In this document: positions 1-17,244 of the stretch, piece by piece
Numbering within the stretch: the stretch's first letter is position 1
Layout: each line of letters opens with the position of its first letter
Assembly (NCBI RefSeq): GCF_009914755.1
Contig: NC_060936.1
From: the human T2T-CHM13v2.0 reference genome, Homo sapiens
Length of the DNA stretch: 64,000 nucleotides
Reading direction: 5' to 3' (one strand)
Position numbers and translations under genes: made by a program
Notes under the pieces: model-generated
Database searches by the model: none
Seen by the model: the letters and a program-made list of their open reading frames with translations, nothing else
Told to the model about the DNA's origin: nothing

Positions 1-293
<293 letters not shown>

Positions 294-311
294 TTATATT
301 ATTTTAAATGT

Positions 312-611
312 CACTGGGCACGGTGGCTCACGCCTGTAATCCCAGCACTTTGGGAGGCCAAGGAGGGCGGGTCACCTGAGGTCAGGAGTTCGAGACCAGC
401 CTGGCCAACGTGGCGAAACCCCATCTCTACTACAAATACAAAAATAAGCTGGGCGTGGTGCTGCATGTCTGTAATCCCAGCTACTTGGGAGGCTGAGGCA
501 GGAAGAATTGCTTGAACCCAGAGGTAGAGGTTGCAATGAGCCGAGCTCGGGCCACTGCATTGCAGCCTGGGCAACAGAGTGAGACTGTCTCCAAAAAAAA
601 AAAAAAAAAAA
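312..611 (+). mobile_element. AluS
   Basis: Full dimer with poly-A. Confidence 0.95.
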
Positions 612-786
612 GCCAACCTTCTAGGGTAGATTTTGTAAAAACCAAATTATGGACATCCTAAGTTCTCAGATGTACAAATGAGTTACAGCTCTAAGTTGCA
701 TCTCTTCAATTTTATTTCTTGAAACAACTGCCCTCCTCCCTGCAAATCTACCCTCCCTTCTTGGCTCAAATGGTGGTTTTCTTTCC

Positions 787-1237
<451 letters not shown>

Positions 1238-1257
1238 TAGCTTAAGACCTTAATGTT

Positions 1258-1587
<330 letters not shown>

Positions 1588-2443
1588 AGACCTTAATGTT
1601 TTCTAACAAGGTGGTTTTGATATTTGGTGAGCTATGTATAGACTCTTCTGAAATGTGAAATATGTATGTCTTCAAACATATAAACAAGGTAAGTTCTTCA
1701 CACACTATGAAGCTTCATAAAAGGTTCCATTTAAATTTGTATCTTGGCAAAATTATTGAACTTGGGGAGTATCCCTAAACTGTTAAATCAGCAATATTAC
1801 ATCTGTTCCAAACTGGTATCTCATTTTTCTTGGAGTTCACAGAAAACAAAAAATAAGGCAACATAAAAATTATCCAGAGTTTTGCTTGGACAGATTTCTA
1901 TTATCTGCCCATTTAATATATAATATCTATTTGATATAATTTATTAAATGTTTATAATCATCCTTCTATTATATAAATAGGTTTACCACATCTGCTTGGT
2001 GATGTTGGTAGCTTTTTTCTTCTGTTATAAGGGAGAATATGGAGGAAGGATTTAAAGTACAGGAGGTCAAATGGAGTCAAGAATGTGTAAACCGTGTAGT
2101 GTAGATAGCCTTAATATATTCTGGACTTAGAGTTTTAGGGCAGTGGGAAAACTAATCACATTCATAAGACATTTTGCAACTACATTATTCCCCCACAAAT
2201 AATAGTTATTTTAATCTATATCCACAAATAATAGTTACTGGCTATATCTACAAAGTTTGTGTAGATATCTACAGATTCTATGACCCTACAGTGTTTCATA
2301 GGTATTCATGTAGCACTTTTAAAGTACAATTAATGAACTGTGTCCAGCAAAGGTTTATACTGGCCTTTCCTTCAAAATTAATGAAATAAAACTGTACATT
2401 GTTGTCTCAGTAAAAATAAAGGCACAAAGAATTCACAAATAGG

Positions 2444-2866
<423 letters not shown>

Positions 2867-3039
2867 TCATTTAGAGTTGAATAATTTTTTTTTTTAAAAA
2901 CAGCATTAGATCTATGTAAAGATAGTATTTAAAAACCAAACAAAACTAAGAAATGGGAAAAAGAAATGGCAGGTGAAGAACTCTTTTCAGAGAATAAAAG
3001 TTGTCATATAGCAATGGATGCTGTGTCAGAACATACTGC

Positions 3040-3560
3040 CAATAAACTTTAAGAAAAAAGGAACTCAATGAAGTTACTGTTATATAAAACAGGAGCTCAC
3101 AGCAGGGATGTAAGAGTTAATGGAAGATATCGTGAGCCAAAACAGGGAATAAAACATGATTTGGCAGAAGTCAAGAGAGATGTGGGGAGAAAAATAAAAC
3201 CACTAATGAAATGAAGCTGGCAAGAAGCAGCACAAAGAACTGGCAATGGTGGAGACATGGTAAGGGACATGGGTGGAGAATTGAGGAAAGTAGCAAAACA
3301 ACAGCACCTTGAATAAAGTTTTTAAAAACTAGAGTAAATTATAGATTTGAAAGATAATATATTCAAAATCAGTTTCCTTGAAAAATAGAAATATAATTGT
3401 AAATCTATAATTTTAAAAAACTTTCTACAAATGAAAATAAACTTGAAGCTACAGACTGAAAAGGCACACAGAAGCCAGGGGAAACAGGCACAGAATAATT
3501 AAACATTGAGACATAGCTTTATTAAGCTACTAAATTCCAAAGATTAAAATAAGGGCTTGA
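3040..3560 (+). mobile_element. Ancient L1 ORF1-like / HAL1-type fragment
   Basis: A-rich; motif CTACAGACTGAAAAGGCACAC...GACATAGCTTTATTAAGCTACT resembles an old L1 ORF1 C-terminal region. Confidence 0.5.
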
Positions 3561-3864
3561 CATTAAAAAAAAATCTAGTCCCTTAATTTAAGACTACTTT
3601 AAAGCCTATAGAAAAAATATGGCTAAATTATATAAGCAAGTGTAATTCTGAAAATAAACAATGCTAAGATTTTAGATAATAGTTACCCATAATGTTCCTA
3701 TAACCTGTAACTAACCATACCTTGGACAACTAAAATAAATTAAGATTTTTCTTGGTCTGGGGAAGTAGACGGTAGCAAGGGATGTTTCTTGAAATTACTT
3801 ATTAAAGGCTTATTACTAATATCTAATTCAATAAGCATCACAACCTACAAATGTTTTATAATAG

Positions 3865-3980
3865 AATTATTCACAAAATCCACAAAACAGCTTATGTTAG
3901 CCTGATTTTACACATGAAGAAATGAAAGCAAAGCTAAAGGAAATTAATTGTCCACAGTTGCATGTTGAATCATCAGAAAC
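3865..3980 (-). mobile_element. MIR fragment
   Basis: ATTTTACACATGAAGAAATGAAAGC, MIR core in reverse. Confidence 0.5.
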
Positions 3981-4504
3981 AGGAGAGTATCACTTCTAGT
4001 ACAATTTTTTGTTTGTCTTTAACAGGTTTTGTCACTACCTTGCACTCTGACATTATTTTTGGCTACTGAGTAACACCGATCTTAACTAGAGGCCTGTAGT
4101 ATCATGATCTAACACAACAAAACTATAATGAGTGTTGAAAGACTGTGGAGAAAAAAATAAATTTGGGGAAACATAACAGATGTGAATTCCATCAATCAAA
4201 AATGCTTATCTGCTGGTGAGGCTCTATTCTGCTGAGCCCTGTATTAAAATCTGGAGTGAAAATAAAACTGAACCCAAAATCCCTAACACTAAAGACGGAA
4301 AAATGCAGAAAAGAGGCTAAATAGCTATTTTAAAAGAGTTAAAAGCAAACAAAATGAAATCTTTAAAAACTGAAAATTTAAAAATCATATATAAAGAGAC
4401 AGCTATCCAACTAGAGATAATGCTAGATCCTAGTAGGACAGTCAGGCAAGACATTACAGAAGACAGACATTTTCAGCTCTATTACAAGGAAAGAGAATGG
4501 CTGT

Positions 4505-4838
<334 letters not shown>

Positions 4839-5101
4839 GAGAAAGGCTGTTTCTTATAACTTCAACTAAGACTGGGACCCTCTAATATTTAAAAGGGTTT
4901 TATTTTGTCAAAAGTAACCTCATGGTAAGGTTGTATCAGACACTTGAATAGTAAGCTTTTACATTACAGAAATGACTAAACTGTCCAGTAATCTAAGGCT
5001 AAAATTTAGGGAAAAGAAAATCAAATCTATATTAAAGAATAACCAGAAGAACTTCTTATGTAAAAATCAAACTGGAATAAGTAATTATGGATTTATCTTA
5101 C

Positions 5102-5269
5102 TTGGCGACTGAGTCAAAGAAGTTAATTTATCCTCATTGCCATTAAAGTTGTCTTTGCTCTTTTGCACAGTATAGTATTTCTCAAATTGTTCTCCTTGCC
5201 ATGCCTCTAATCCTGCCTGCCTTTCTCTGGAAGTAATATAATGCAAGAGCCCACTAGTGAAGAGAAAGC
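5102..5269 (-). other. Candidate 168-nt cassette exon
   Basis: Acceptor CTTCCTTCTTAG|G, donor CAA|GTAAGA, unique sequence, one open frame; peptide not recognised. Confidence 0.3.
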
Positions 5270-5417
5270 CTAAGAAGGAAGTTTTAGGCCCTTCCAAGCC
5301 CACAAAATGCAAACCTTTTAACAGTGACATTTTAATTTCCATCACAGTACACACTACCTATGTATCTTCTAGAACAGTAACTGCATATTTGCCTAGGATT
5401 TCCTGAAATTAACGTTA

Positions 5418-5560
5418 CAGGAAGCCTCCAACTTGCAAAAGAGTTGGGTCCCAAAAGTTCACTTCTAAGCTAAGTATCTGTAACTCTGAATATGTTTTTA
5501 CCCAAAATCAATGTTTCATATGGAATTTAGGTTTTCAGGTTTGTCCACAAAGGGTTTGTC
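5418..5560. mobile_element. Ancient TcMar-Tigger-like DNA transposon fragment
   Basis: TA followed by CAGGAAGCCTCCAACTTGCAAAAGAGTTGGGTCCCAAAAGTTCA, resembling an old Tigger terminus. Confidence 0.5.
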
Positions 5561-5861
5561 CCTAAAGCAAATTCAATATCTTATTTTGCATTTTAAAATA
5601 TCTTTTAAAAATACTATTGAGATACAACTAATTATGCAAATCAAAAAATATTGAGTAATAACTCTAAAACAATATCGTGAATTAAGATGGAGTGCATAAA
5701 AATGACATGGTAAATGGAGACTTGAGGATATCCTGAACTTAACTTTTGGATTACTTGAGGATTTTGGGAACTAGTGACATTAGTTCTTTATTAGATCTAA
5801 TGTGATTTTAAAATGTATGACTCTTATTTCTCTTGAAATACAATAAATCATTAGCACTAAA

Positions 5862-6033
5862 ACCACAGAACATCCAAGGTTGGAAAAGACTTCAGAGATC
5901 ATATTCAATCTGACCTTAATTTGGAGATGGAGAAATTGAGACTCATATGGATGGACTAACCTGACATAAGTTATCCAACTAATTAGTTCCGGAGCTGATA
6001 TCCCATCCTGTATCTTTTCCACCATAACAATGC
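5862..6033 (-). mobile_element. MIR3/MIRc fragment
   Basis: GGAAAAGACTTCAGAGATCAT...GATGGAGAAATTGAGACTCA. Confidence 0.65.
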
Positions 6034-6089
6034 TTATCAATTATTATCAAGACCAGGTTTTTGCTCAGAATAAGGTGAAAAAAATTACT

Positions 6090-6960
6090 ACAACCATTTT
6101 ATCAGCATAATTTAGCACTATCTAGTGAAGTTGAAGATGCGCATGACTATTGCATGGGCACATGAAGGAGTTTTTGTTTCTTTTTCTTTTTCTTTTTTTT
6201 TTTTAAGATGTAGTCTCACTCTATGGCCCCGGCTGGAGTGAGTGCGTGCAGTGGCAAGATCTAAGCTGGCTGCAACCTCCGCCTCCCACATACAAGCAAT
6301 TCTCCTGTCTCAGCCTCCCGACTAGCTGGGATTACAGGCATGTGCCACCACCCCTGGCTAACTTTTATACTTTTAGTAGAGATGGGGTTTCACCATGTTG
6401 GTCATGGTGAACTCCTGACCTCAAGTGATCTGCCCGCCTTGGACTCCCAAAGTGCTGGGATTACAGGCGTGAGCCACCACACCCAGCAGAAAATTTTTCA
6501 TAATGGTAAAAAATGAGTAATGTATTAAACATCCATCGGTGGGGAAAAGGATAACTGATATAATCATGTGATGTAATGCCATGTTGTAGTTTAAATCAAT
6601 GAGCTAAATATAAATTTATCAATATAGACACATTTCCAAAACACAATAAAGGAAAAACCAAGTTGAAGAATCATATGCAGGATATAGTCAAATTTATGCA
6701 AATGTTAAAACCCACAAAAATGTATTGTTTGTAGCACACATAAATAAGAGTACAAATGGTAAAAAGAATAATATGCACCACCTTCAGGAGAGTAGATGGA
6801 TTTGGGGTGGATGGAAAAGAATGGAATTGGAAAGAAGTACAAAGGAGACTCCAAATATATGTTTTTATTTCTTTAAAAAATTAATTCTGAGAGATAGGAT
6901 CATGGATATTGGTTATATTCTGCAAGTTTGAAATATTTTGTTAACATTTTTAAAAAGAAA
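6090..6960 (+). mobile_element. L1ME-type 3' end, interrupted by an Alu
   Basis: Diverged L1 3' UTR motifs on both sides of the Alu at 6171-6487. Confidence 0.6.
6171..6487 (-). mobile_element. AluS
   Basis: Full dimer, poly-T at left. Confidence 0.95.
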
Positions 6961-7685
6961 ATAATCCTCCTCCCCCCAAAAAGGAAAATCTAAAAATGAA
7001 AGTGATAGGATTGAATAATTATTTGAAGTAATTATGACAGTGTTGGGAAAGAGGGAATACATATATGCACATGAGAGAAAAAAATTGGTTAGGGTAAAAG
7101 GAGGCAAATGCAAGTATAAATGACAAAGGAAAATTGAAACAGATAGTAAATAAAGGAGACTGTGAATTTTGGATCAGATAGTTTTCCAGGCTCACTGTGA
7201 GGTAATGGTATGGACTCAAGACAGCTTGGTTGCTGCTGGGATATTTTTACAATGGAAAAAGGAGTAGGGAGGTTATTAGGAGGTACTGATGCCAAGATCC
7301 CAAGGGGAATGTAATGAGACATCATGCACATGTGACTTAGAGACTGCCTCTAATTATTTGATTTCTTACATCTCCCTTCAATTTATTCCTAATAATGGGT
7401 GTTTCTGCCTTCTTAAATAAATTTATGTGCAGTGTCTGGTTTAAAAATGTTCAAGAAAAGGAATCTAAAAAATGGCCTAATGATCATGGATTTGTTAATG
7501 TAAATCTTACCTTTTAACTTCCCTTTAACTGCAGCATACCTGCTACTCATAAGAGTCTGGTTAAATATACTAGCTTACATACTGTCCTACTGAAAGAGCT
7601 CCTACTCATTTGGCATACATTATTTTCTTTGGTCTGATTCATAAAAGATAGGATGGTAAAAAAATATTTTGCCTCAAGGACATCA

Positions 7686-7978
7686 TTTTTTTTTTACTCT
7701 CTCTTAGAGGTGGGGTCTCGCTCTGTCATCCAGGCTGGAGTGCAGTTGTGCAATCTCGGATCACTGCAGCATCCTACCCTCAGCCTCCTGAGTAGCTGGG
7801 AACACAGTCGTGTACCACCCTGCCTGGCTAGATTCTCTCTCTTTTTTTTTTTGATTGTTAATAAAGACAAGCTCTTACAATTTTGTCCAGGCTGGTCTTG
7901 AACTTCTGGCTCAAGCAATCCTCCTGGTTCGGCCTCCCAAAGTGCCAGGATTACAGGCATGAGCCATCGTGGCTGGCC
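7686..7978 (-). mobile_element. AluJ with internal deletion
   Basis: GGCTCAAGCAATC J-type left arm; part of right arm missing. Confidence 0.9.
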
Positions 7979-8245
7979 AATGACATGATCTTATATCCAG
8001 AAAACCCTAAATAACTCACATCTACAAACTACTAGAGCTATTAAATAAATTTAGCAAAGTTCCAGGGTATAAAAATAACAAAATCAGTTGTATTTCTATA
8101 TACTGGCAATGAACAATCTGAAAAGGAAATTAAGAAAACAATCTATAATAAGAGCAAAAAGAATACTTCAATTATTCCTCCTTGGAATAAATTTAACCAA
8201 GGAAGCATAAAAACATGAACAATGAAAACTACAAAACATTGCTGG

Positions 8246-8861
<616 letters not shown>

Positions 8862-9423
8862 AGAAATTTTTTAAAGACCTAAATAAATAGAAAGACATTA
8901 TGTGTTCAGGAGCTAGAAAACTTAATATTGTCAAGGTGACAATATGACTCCAAACAATATACAGATCCAATACAATTTGTATCAAAATCCCAATGGTGTT
9001 TTGTACAGAAATGGAAAAACCTGTCCTAAAATCCATATGATTTCAAAGGACCCAGAATAGCAAAAATAATCTAAAAAAGACAAACAAACAAAAAAAACAA
9101 AAACCAGTTGGAGGACTCACATTTCCTGCAGCTTATTACAAAGCTCAGTAATCAAAACACTGCAGTACTGGCCTAAGGACAGACATATATAGACCAATGG
9201 AATAGAACTGACAGCCCAGAAATAAACATTCATATCTACAGCAAATTGATTTTCAACAAGGGTGCCAAGACAACAGGGAAAGGTCAGTCTTTTCACCAAA
9301 TGGTACTGGGATAACTGGATATCCATAGGCCAAAAAAATGAAGTTGGGCCCTTACTTTATACTATATACAAACAATAACTCAGAATAGATCCGAGACCTA
9401 AATAAGATATAAAGCTATAAAAC

Positions 9424-9720
<297 letters not shown>

Positions 9721-9777
9721 ACAACTCTTAAATATAGGGACAAATCTGCATGACCATGGATTTGGCAATGATTTCTT

Positions 9778-10536
9778 AATTAAAACCACAAGGAGATACC
9801 ACCTCACACCTGTAAGAATAGTTTTTAGCAAAAAGACAAAAGACTGAGTGTTGGTGAGCATGTAGAGAAAAGGGAACCCTTGTACACTGTTAGTGGGAAT
9901 GTAAATTAGCACAGTGATTATGGAAAGCAGTATGGAGGTTTCTCAAAAAATTAAAATTAGAACTACGATATGACCTGGCAATCCCACTAATGATACACAT
10001 CCAAAGGAAATGAAATGAATATGTGAAAGAGATATGTACTTTTCATGTTCATTGCAACATTATTCACAACAGCTAAGATAAGGAATCAACCCAAGTGTCC
10101 GTCAGTGGGTGAATGGAAAATGTGGCATGTGTACACAATGGAATACTATTCAGCCTTCAAAAAGAAGGAAATCCTGTCATTTGCAACAACATGGATGAAC
10201 ATAGAGAACATTACACTCAATGAAATAAGGCAGGCACAGAAAGACAGAAGTTGTATGATCTCATTTATGTGTGGTATCTGAAAAAAAACAGAACTCAGAA
10301 GCAGAGAATACAATGGTGCTTTCCAGGGGCTGGAGAGGTGAGGAATTGGAGAAATATTGGTCAGAAGATACAAATTATCAGCTGAAATCTGGTGATGGAT
10401 ATGTTATCTAGCTTGATGTATTCATTCTACAATGTATGCATATATCAAAACATCACATTGTATACCATAAATATAATTTTTCATTTGTCAATTATAAAAT
10501 AAATATTTTAAAAGCAAAAAACCCCTCAACAATAAA
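9778..10536 (+). mobile_element. 5'-truncated L1MA-type 3' end nested in the L1MB
   Basis: Second L1 3' UTR with its own A-rich tail splits the host L1 motif GATTTCTTA...ATGACACCAAAAGC. Confidence 0.8.
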
Positions 10537-11573
10537 ATGACACCAAAAGCTTTTACAGGAAACAAAAGAAAAATAAATTGGACTTTACTAAAATTCAGAA
10601 CTTATGTGTATCAAAGGACGCTATCAAGAGTGACAGAGAAAATATTTGCAAATCATAAACCTGATAAGAATTTAGATAATCTAAAATTGTTTTATTAGAA
10701 ACCTGATAATAATCTACAACATATAAAGAACTGCTATAACTTAACAACAAAAAGACAAACGACCCAATTTTGAAATGAGAACTAGAAAACTTAATATTGT
10801 CAAGGACTTGAATAGCCATTTACTCAAAGAAGATGTACAAATGGCCAATAAACACATGAAAAAATGCTTATCATTAATTATTAGGGAAATGCAAAACCAC
10901 GATGAGATATTATTTTATACTCATTAAGATGATTATAATTAAAAAAAAACCAGAAAACAACAAGTGTTGGTGAGGATGTGAAGACACTGGAACCCTTTCG
11001 CACACTGCTGGTGGGAATATAAAATGATGCAGCCTCTATGGAAAACAGTTGAACAGCTCCTCAAAAAGTTATACATAGAATTACCATGACTCAGCAACTC
11101 TACTCCCAGTTATATACCCCAAAGAATTGAAAAGAGGGACTCAAACAGATACTTGTATGCCAATGTTCATACCAGCATTATTCACAATAGCCAAAAGGTG
11201 GAAACAACGTGAAGTGTCCATCAGCAGACAGATACACAGATGAACAAAATGTGGGATATAGATACAGCAAAATATTACTTAGCCATAAAAAGGAATGAAG
11301 TACTGATAGATGTTACAGCATGGATGAACCATTGTGCTAAGTGAAAAAAGCCAGACAAAAAAGGACAAATATTATATGATTCCACTTGTATGAAATATTT
11401 AGAATAGGCAAAATTCATACAGACAGAAAAATAGATAAGGGCCTAGGCAGAGAGGGGGAAATGGGGAGTAAGTGCTTAATAGGTACAGAATTTCTGCTTG
11501 GGATGATGAAAAAGTTCTGGAAATAGATAGTGATGTTCCCATAATTATTTCCTTATGACAAGTTTCTACGAGT

Positions 11574-11703
11574 AGCCGGGTATGGTGGCTCTTGCCTGTA
11601 ACTCTAGCACTTTGGGAGGCTGAGTTGGGAGGATCGCTTGAGCCCCAGGTATTTGAGACAAGCCTGGACAACGTAGCAAGACATCATTTCTTAAAAAAAA
11701 AAA
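11574..11703 (+). mobile_element. FLAM / Alu left monomer
   Basis: Single ~130-bp arm ending in poly-A. Confidence 0.88.
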
Positions 11704-12084
11704 GTATATAATAAGATACTGAACAATAATATACTTGATTATCAACACATCTCTGGGTAATCTGCTGAAAGCCCAAGGCAAATAAGTGTATCAGTTTATA
11801 GCCACTGCTAACATTTTACAAACAAAATAATTAGTAATAGTTATGATTGATTGGACACATACTGGCCAGTCACACTAGACTATAAGCTATTGAGACCAGG
11901 GCTATTTTATTATTAAAGAAACAAAAAACAAAAAGGACTTCCAGTTAGCACACTGCTTTATACAACTGCTTAAACAATGCTGTTTAAACTAAAAGAGACT
12001 TTACACTGCTAGAAGTTTGTGAAAAAAGAGGGTCCCCAAGCTGAATATTTTAGAGTCAGAGTAGAATAATTGAAAATGAATCAC

Positions 12085-12480
12085 ACTGCTATTTATAATG
12101 ATAATTACAGCATGGTTTGTAATAGAAAACATTTGGAAACAACCCAAATGCCCATCAAAAAGGAATTGGTACAATTACACACTTTACTAATGTGTAGCTA
12201 ATATAACAAGAAGCAGATCTATAGGAAGGAAGTCCTACTAAAGTACTGTTAAGTAACACGTAATGTGCATACGTATATGCATAATGTGTTACATTTTAAA
12301 ATAATGTTAATAATATAAACAACATTAAAAAAGATCATGGAAAAAATCTAGAAGAATATGCCCAAACTGCTTATAGTGGCTATATGTTAGGGAAAAGGTT
12401 GGTATGGTTTGTAACTTTTATATTTGTTTGGGGGCATCTATTTTCTAAGTTGTATATTACTATATTGTTTAACACTGTTG
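12085..12480 (+). mobile_element. L1ME-type 3' fragment
   Basis: TTGGAAACAACCCAAATGCCCATCAA L1 3' motif. Confidence 0.6.
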
Positions 12481-12502
12481 TTTAACATGTATACATGCAA
12501 AT

Positions 12503-12535
12503 ACACACACACACACACAAACATACACACACACA
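12503..12535. repeat. Imperfect (CA)n microsatellite
   Basis: CACACA run next to an Alu tail. Confidence 0.9.
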
Positions 12536-12817
12536 TTTTTTTTCAGACAGGGTCTCACTCTGTCGCCGAAGCTGGAGTGCAGTGGCACAATCACGGCTCA
12601 CTGCAACCTCGACCTGCCAGGCTCAAGCTATCCTCCCACCTCAGCCCTCTAAGAAGCTGGGGCTACTGGTGCACGCCACCACATCTGGCTAGTTTTCATA
12701 TTTTTTGTAGAATGGAGTTTTGCCATGTTGCCCAGGCTGGTCTTGAACTACTGGGCTCAAGCAATCCTCCTACCTCGGTTTCCCAAAGTGCTGGGATTAC
12801 AGCCACCACGCCTGGCT
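12536..12817 (-). mobile_element. AluJ
   Basis: GGCTCAAGC(T/A)ATCCTCC J-type arms. Confidence 0.92.
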
Positions 12818-13098
12818 GCAAGTATGTTTTTCATAAAAAAGTTCAAACAAGAAAACTAGTCATTTTGCCTTCGACTCATAATTAAAATATATGCTTCAGC
12901 AATCCAGTTAGATTACAAGACATTTCAAAAAAAGAGAACCTAAACTTTCAGAAAAATAATTTTTCTACCATCACCTATATTTTTACCAAGTACATAATTT
13001 CCATTTCCTTTGTTGTTTCACTTATCTGAGATGGCAATGTTGCTACAAAAGGACCTAATGTCATCGCTATTTTTGTGAGTATATTTTATTTTTGCAAG

Positions 13099-13145
13099 TT
13101 TTTTTTTTGAGACGGAGTCTCACTGTCTCCCAGGCTGTAGTGCAG
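13099..13145 (-). mobile_element. Alu 3' fragment
   Basis: TTTTGAGACGGAGTCTCACTGTCTCCCAGGCTGTAGTGCAG only. Confidence 0.8.
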
Positions 13146-13298
13146 CCTGGAAAAGATGGAAAGGTGGAAAAGATCCCATTAACAATTGCATTAACAACAA
13201 CCAACCCAAAAAATCCAGGAGTAAATTTAAAAGCAATGTGTAAGAACTGGGATGGAAGAAAATTATAAAATGTCACAAAAGATATAATAGAAAATTTG

Positions 13299-13637
<339 letters not shown>

Positions 13638-13732
13638 TCAATATTGAATAATTATTTCTCCTCAAATTAATCTATATATTATATGAAATTCCAATAGATT
13701 TCCTTTTAAACTGCCTAAAATTTGATACAGAA

Positions 13733-14361
<629 letters not shown>

Positions 14362-15776
14362 ATCTGGAAGAATAAACATCCCATAAACAGCTAGGTATAT
14401 TCAGGTAAAAAGAAAAAAAGTGTCATGAAGAAGGGCTTGTCCTATTGTGTAGTAAAACAAATTGTAAACCAACAATATATCTAATATTGAGATCTGGCAA
14501 TGAAATAGAAAGATCAATGAAACAACAGGGTCTCAAAAACAGAACCAAATACACATAGATATTTAATATATATGTTGCCTCTAAAATCAGGGTAAGGATA
14601 AATTTCTTATTCAATAAAATGACATAAGGACAGGTGAGTAGTCAAAGTAAAAAAATGTACACTCATTCTCCACGCCAAAATAATTTTGATTTTTACACAG
14701 GAAAAAATAAAACCATTAAGCCACTAAAAATATGGGGGAATATTTTTAGAATTTCATATTTTAAGTATAACACAAAATGCAGAAACTCAAAGAAACACTT
14801 ATTAATTTTGCTATAGAAAAATGTAAACCTGTAGGATGATGTTGGGGGGAAATAAGATGATAGCTTCAGCAGAGGTGCAGAGAACAACAGTTTAGTACTC
14901 AAATAGAATAGGATAGGTATATATGTACTGACCTTATATAAATATATTAAGTGGAAAAAGCATGTTGCAGAACAGTATATGTCATAAAATCTCATTTTTA
15001 TTTAAGAAATGATATGCATATAATCATATATAGGTTTATGTAGGTGATGTAGCATTTCACTGTGGTCTGGAGCAGGAGAACACAGGGATCTTGTAGGGAG
15101 GTCTTCATGAAAAAGATGAAATTAATAGACTACCTGATATATCTGAACAAATTAAGAGGAATAACATATGGGAATGAACTGATACAAATTAATAAAAGAA
15201 ATGAAGCAATTGTTTACCCTGGGGAAAACAAAATGCTATACGAAGGAAGTACATTTAATCATAGTCCACTAAAAATCACAGCTGTGAATAATACAGTCAT
15301 AATAATGTAAGCACTGTCTGCTGAGCTAACAAAAATTATGATATAAATCTGGAAGATGGAGGGGAAATGTATATGTGTAAGAAAGCCAATTTCTCATCTT
15401 TCATCAAAAGTGGAAATATTCAGATAGCAGTATAAATATGGTGTTTAGAAATACGGAGAAAAAAATCAGAAAAACATCTGTATAACTTTAAAGTGATTGC
15501 CTCTGAGAAGGAGGAATTGGGTGCAGGAGTATAGATATGAGGCAGGAGACAGTCTTTTTCATTGTAAGACTTGAAAATTTTGACTTTTTAAACTGTAGAA
15601 ATATACAATATAGATACATATCAAGCATCTATCATTTGTGTTAGGAACATTCCAATTCCACTCTCTTTTAATTATTTTAAAATATCCAATGGTTATTGTT
15701 GACTGGAATCACTCTCTTGTGCTATCAAATACTAGATCTTATTCATTCCATGTAACTATACTTTTGTACCTATTAA

Positions 15777-16310
<534 letters not shown>

Positions 16311-16938
16311 CTAGAATTTCATTCTTTTTTATGGCTCAATAATAATCCACTGTGTTTATGTGCCACATTTTCTTTATCCATTCATCTGCTGATAAACACT
16401 TAACATTGCTTCCAAATCCTGGCTATTGTGAATAGTGCTGCAATAGGCATGGGACTGCAAATATCTCTCTGATTACTGATTTCCTTTCTTTTGGACTATA
16501 ACTAGGAGTGGGATTTCTGGATCGTATGGTAGTTCTGCTTTTAGTTGTTTGAGGAACCTCCATACTATTCTCCATAGTGGCTGTACTAATTTACATTTCC
16601 ATCAACAGTGTACGAGGGTTCTCCTTTCTTTACATTCTTGCCAGCATTCATTATTGCCTGTCTTTTGGGTGAAAGTCATTTTAACTGGGATGAGATAATA
16701 TCTCATTGTAGTTTTGATCTGCATTTCTCTGATGATTGATTAATGATGCTGGGCATTTTTTCATATACCTGTTGGCCATTTTTATGTCTTCTTTTGAGAA
16801 ATGTCTATTCAGATCTTTTGCCCATTTTAAAATCAGATTTTTTCTCTTGAGTTTTTTGAGCTCCTTATACATTCTGGGTATTAATCCTTGTCAGATAGGT
16901 AGTTTGCCAATATTTTCTCCCATTCTGTGGGTTGTCTC

Positions 16939-17244
<306 letters not shown>

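Noticed and set aside
2193-2237. CCACAAATAATAGTTA repeated twice (similar short duplications at ~27578 and ~38097)
   Set aside because: Ordinary local slippage duplications.
7511-7589. Possible small exon with AAG|GTAAGA donor and CAGTAG acceptor
   Set aside because: Polypyrimidine tract is short and there is no further support; such sites are common by chance.
12253-12292. Imperfect ~40-bp palindrome GTAACAC...GTGTTAC
   Set aside because: Lies in an old L1 3' end and is consistent with decayed TA/CA alternation, not an RNA gene.
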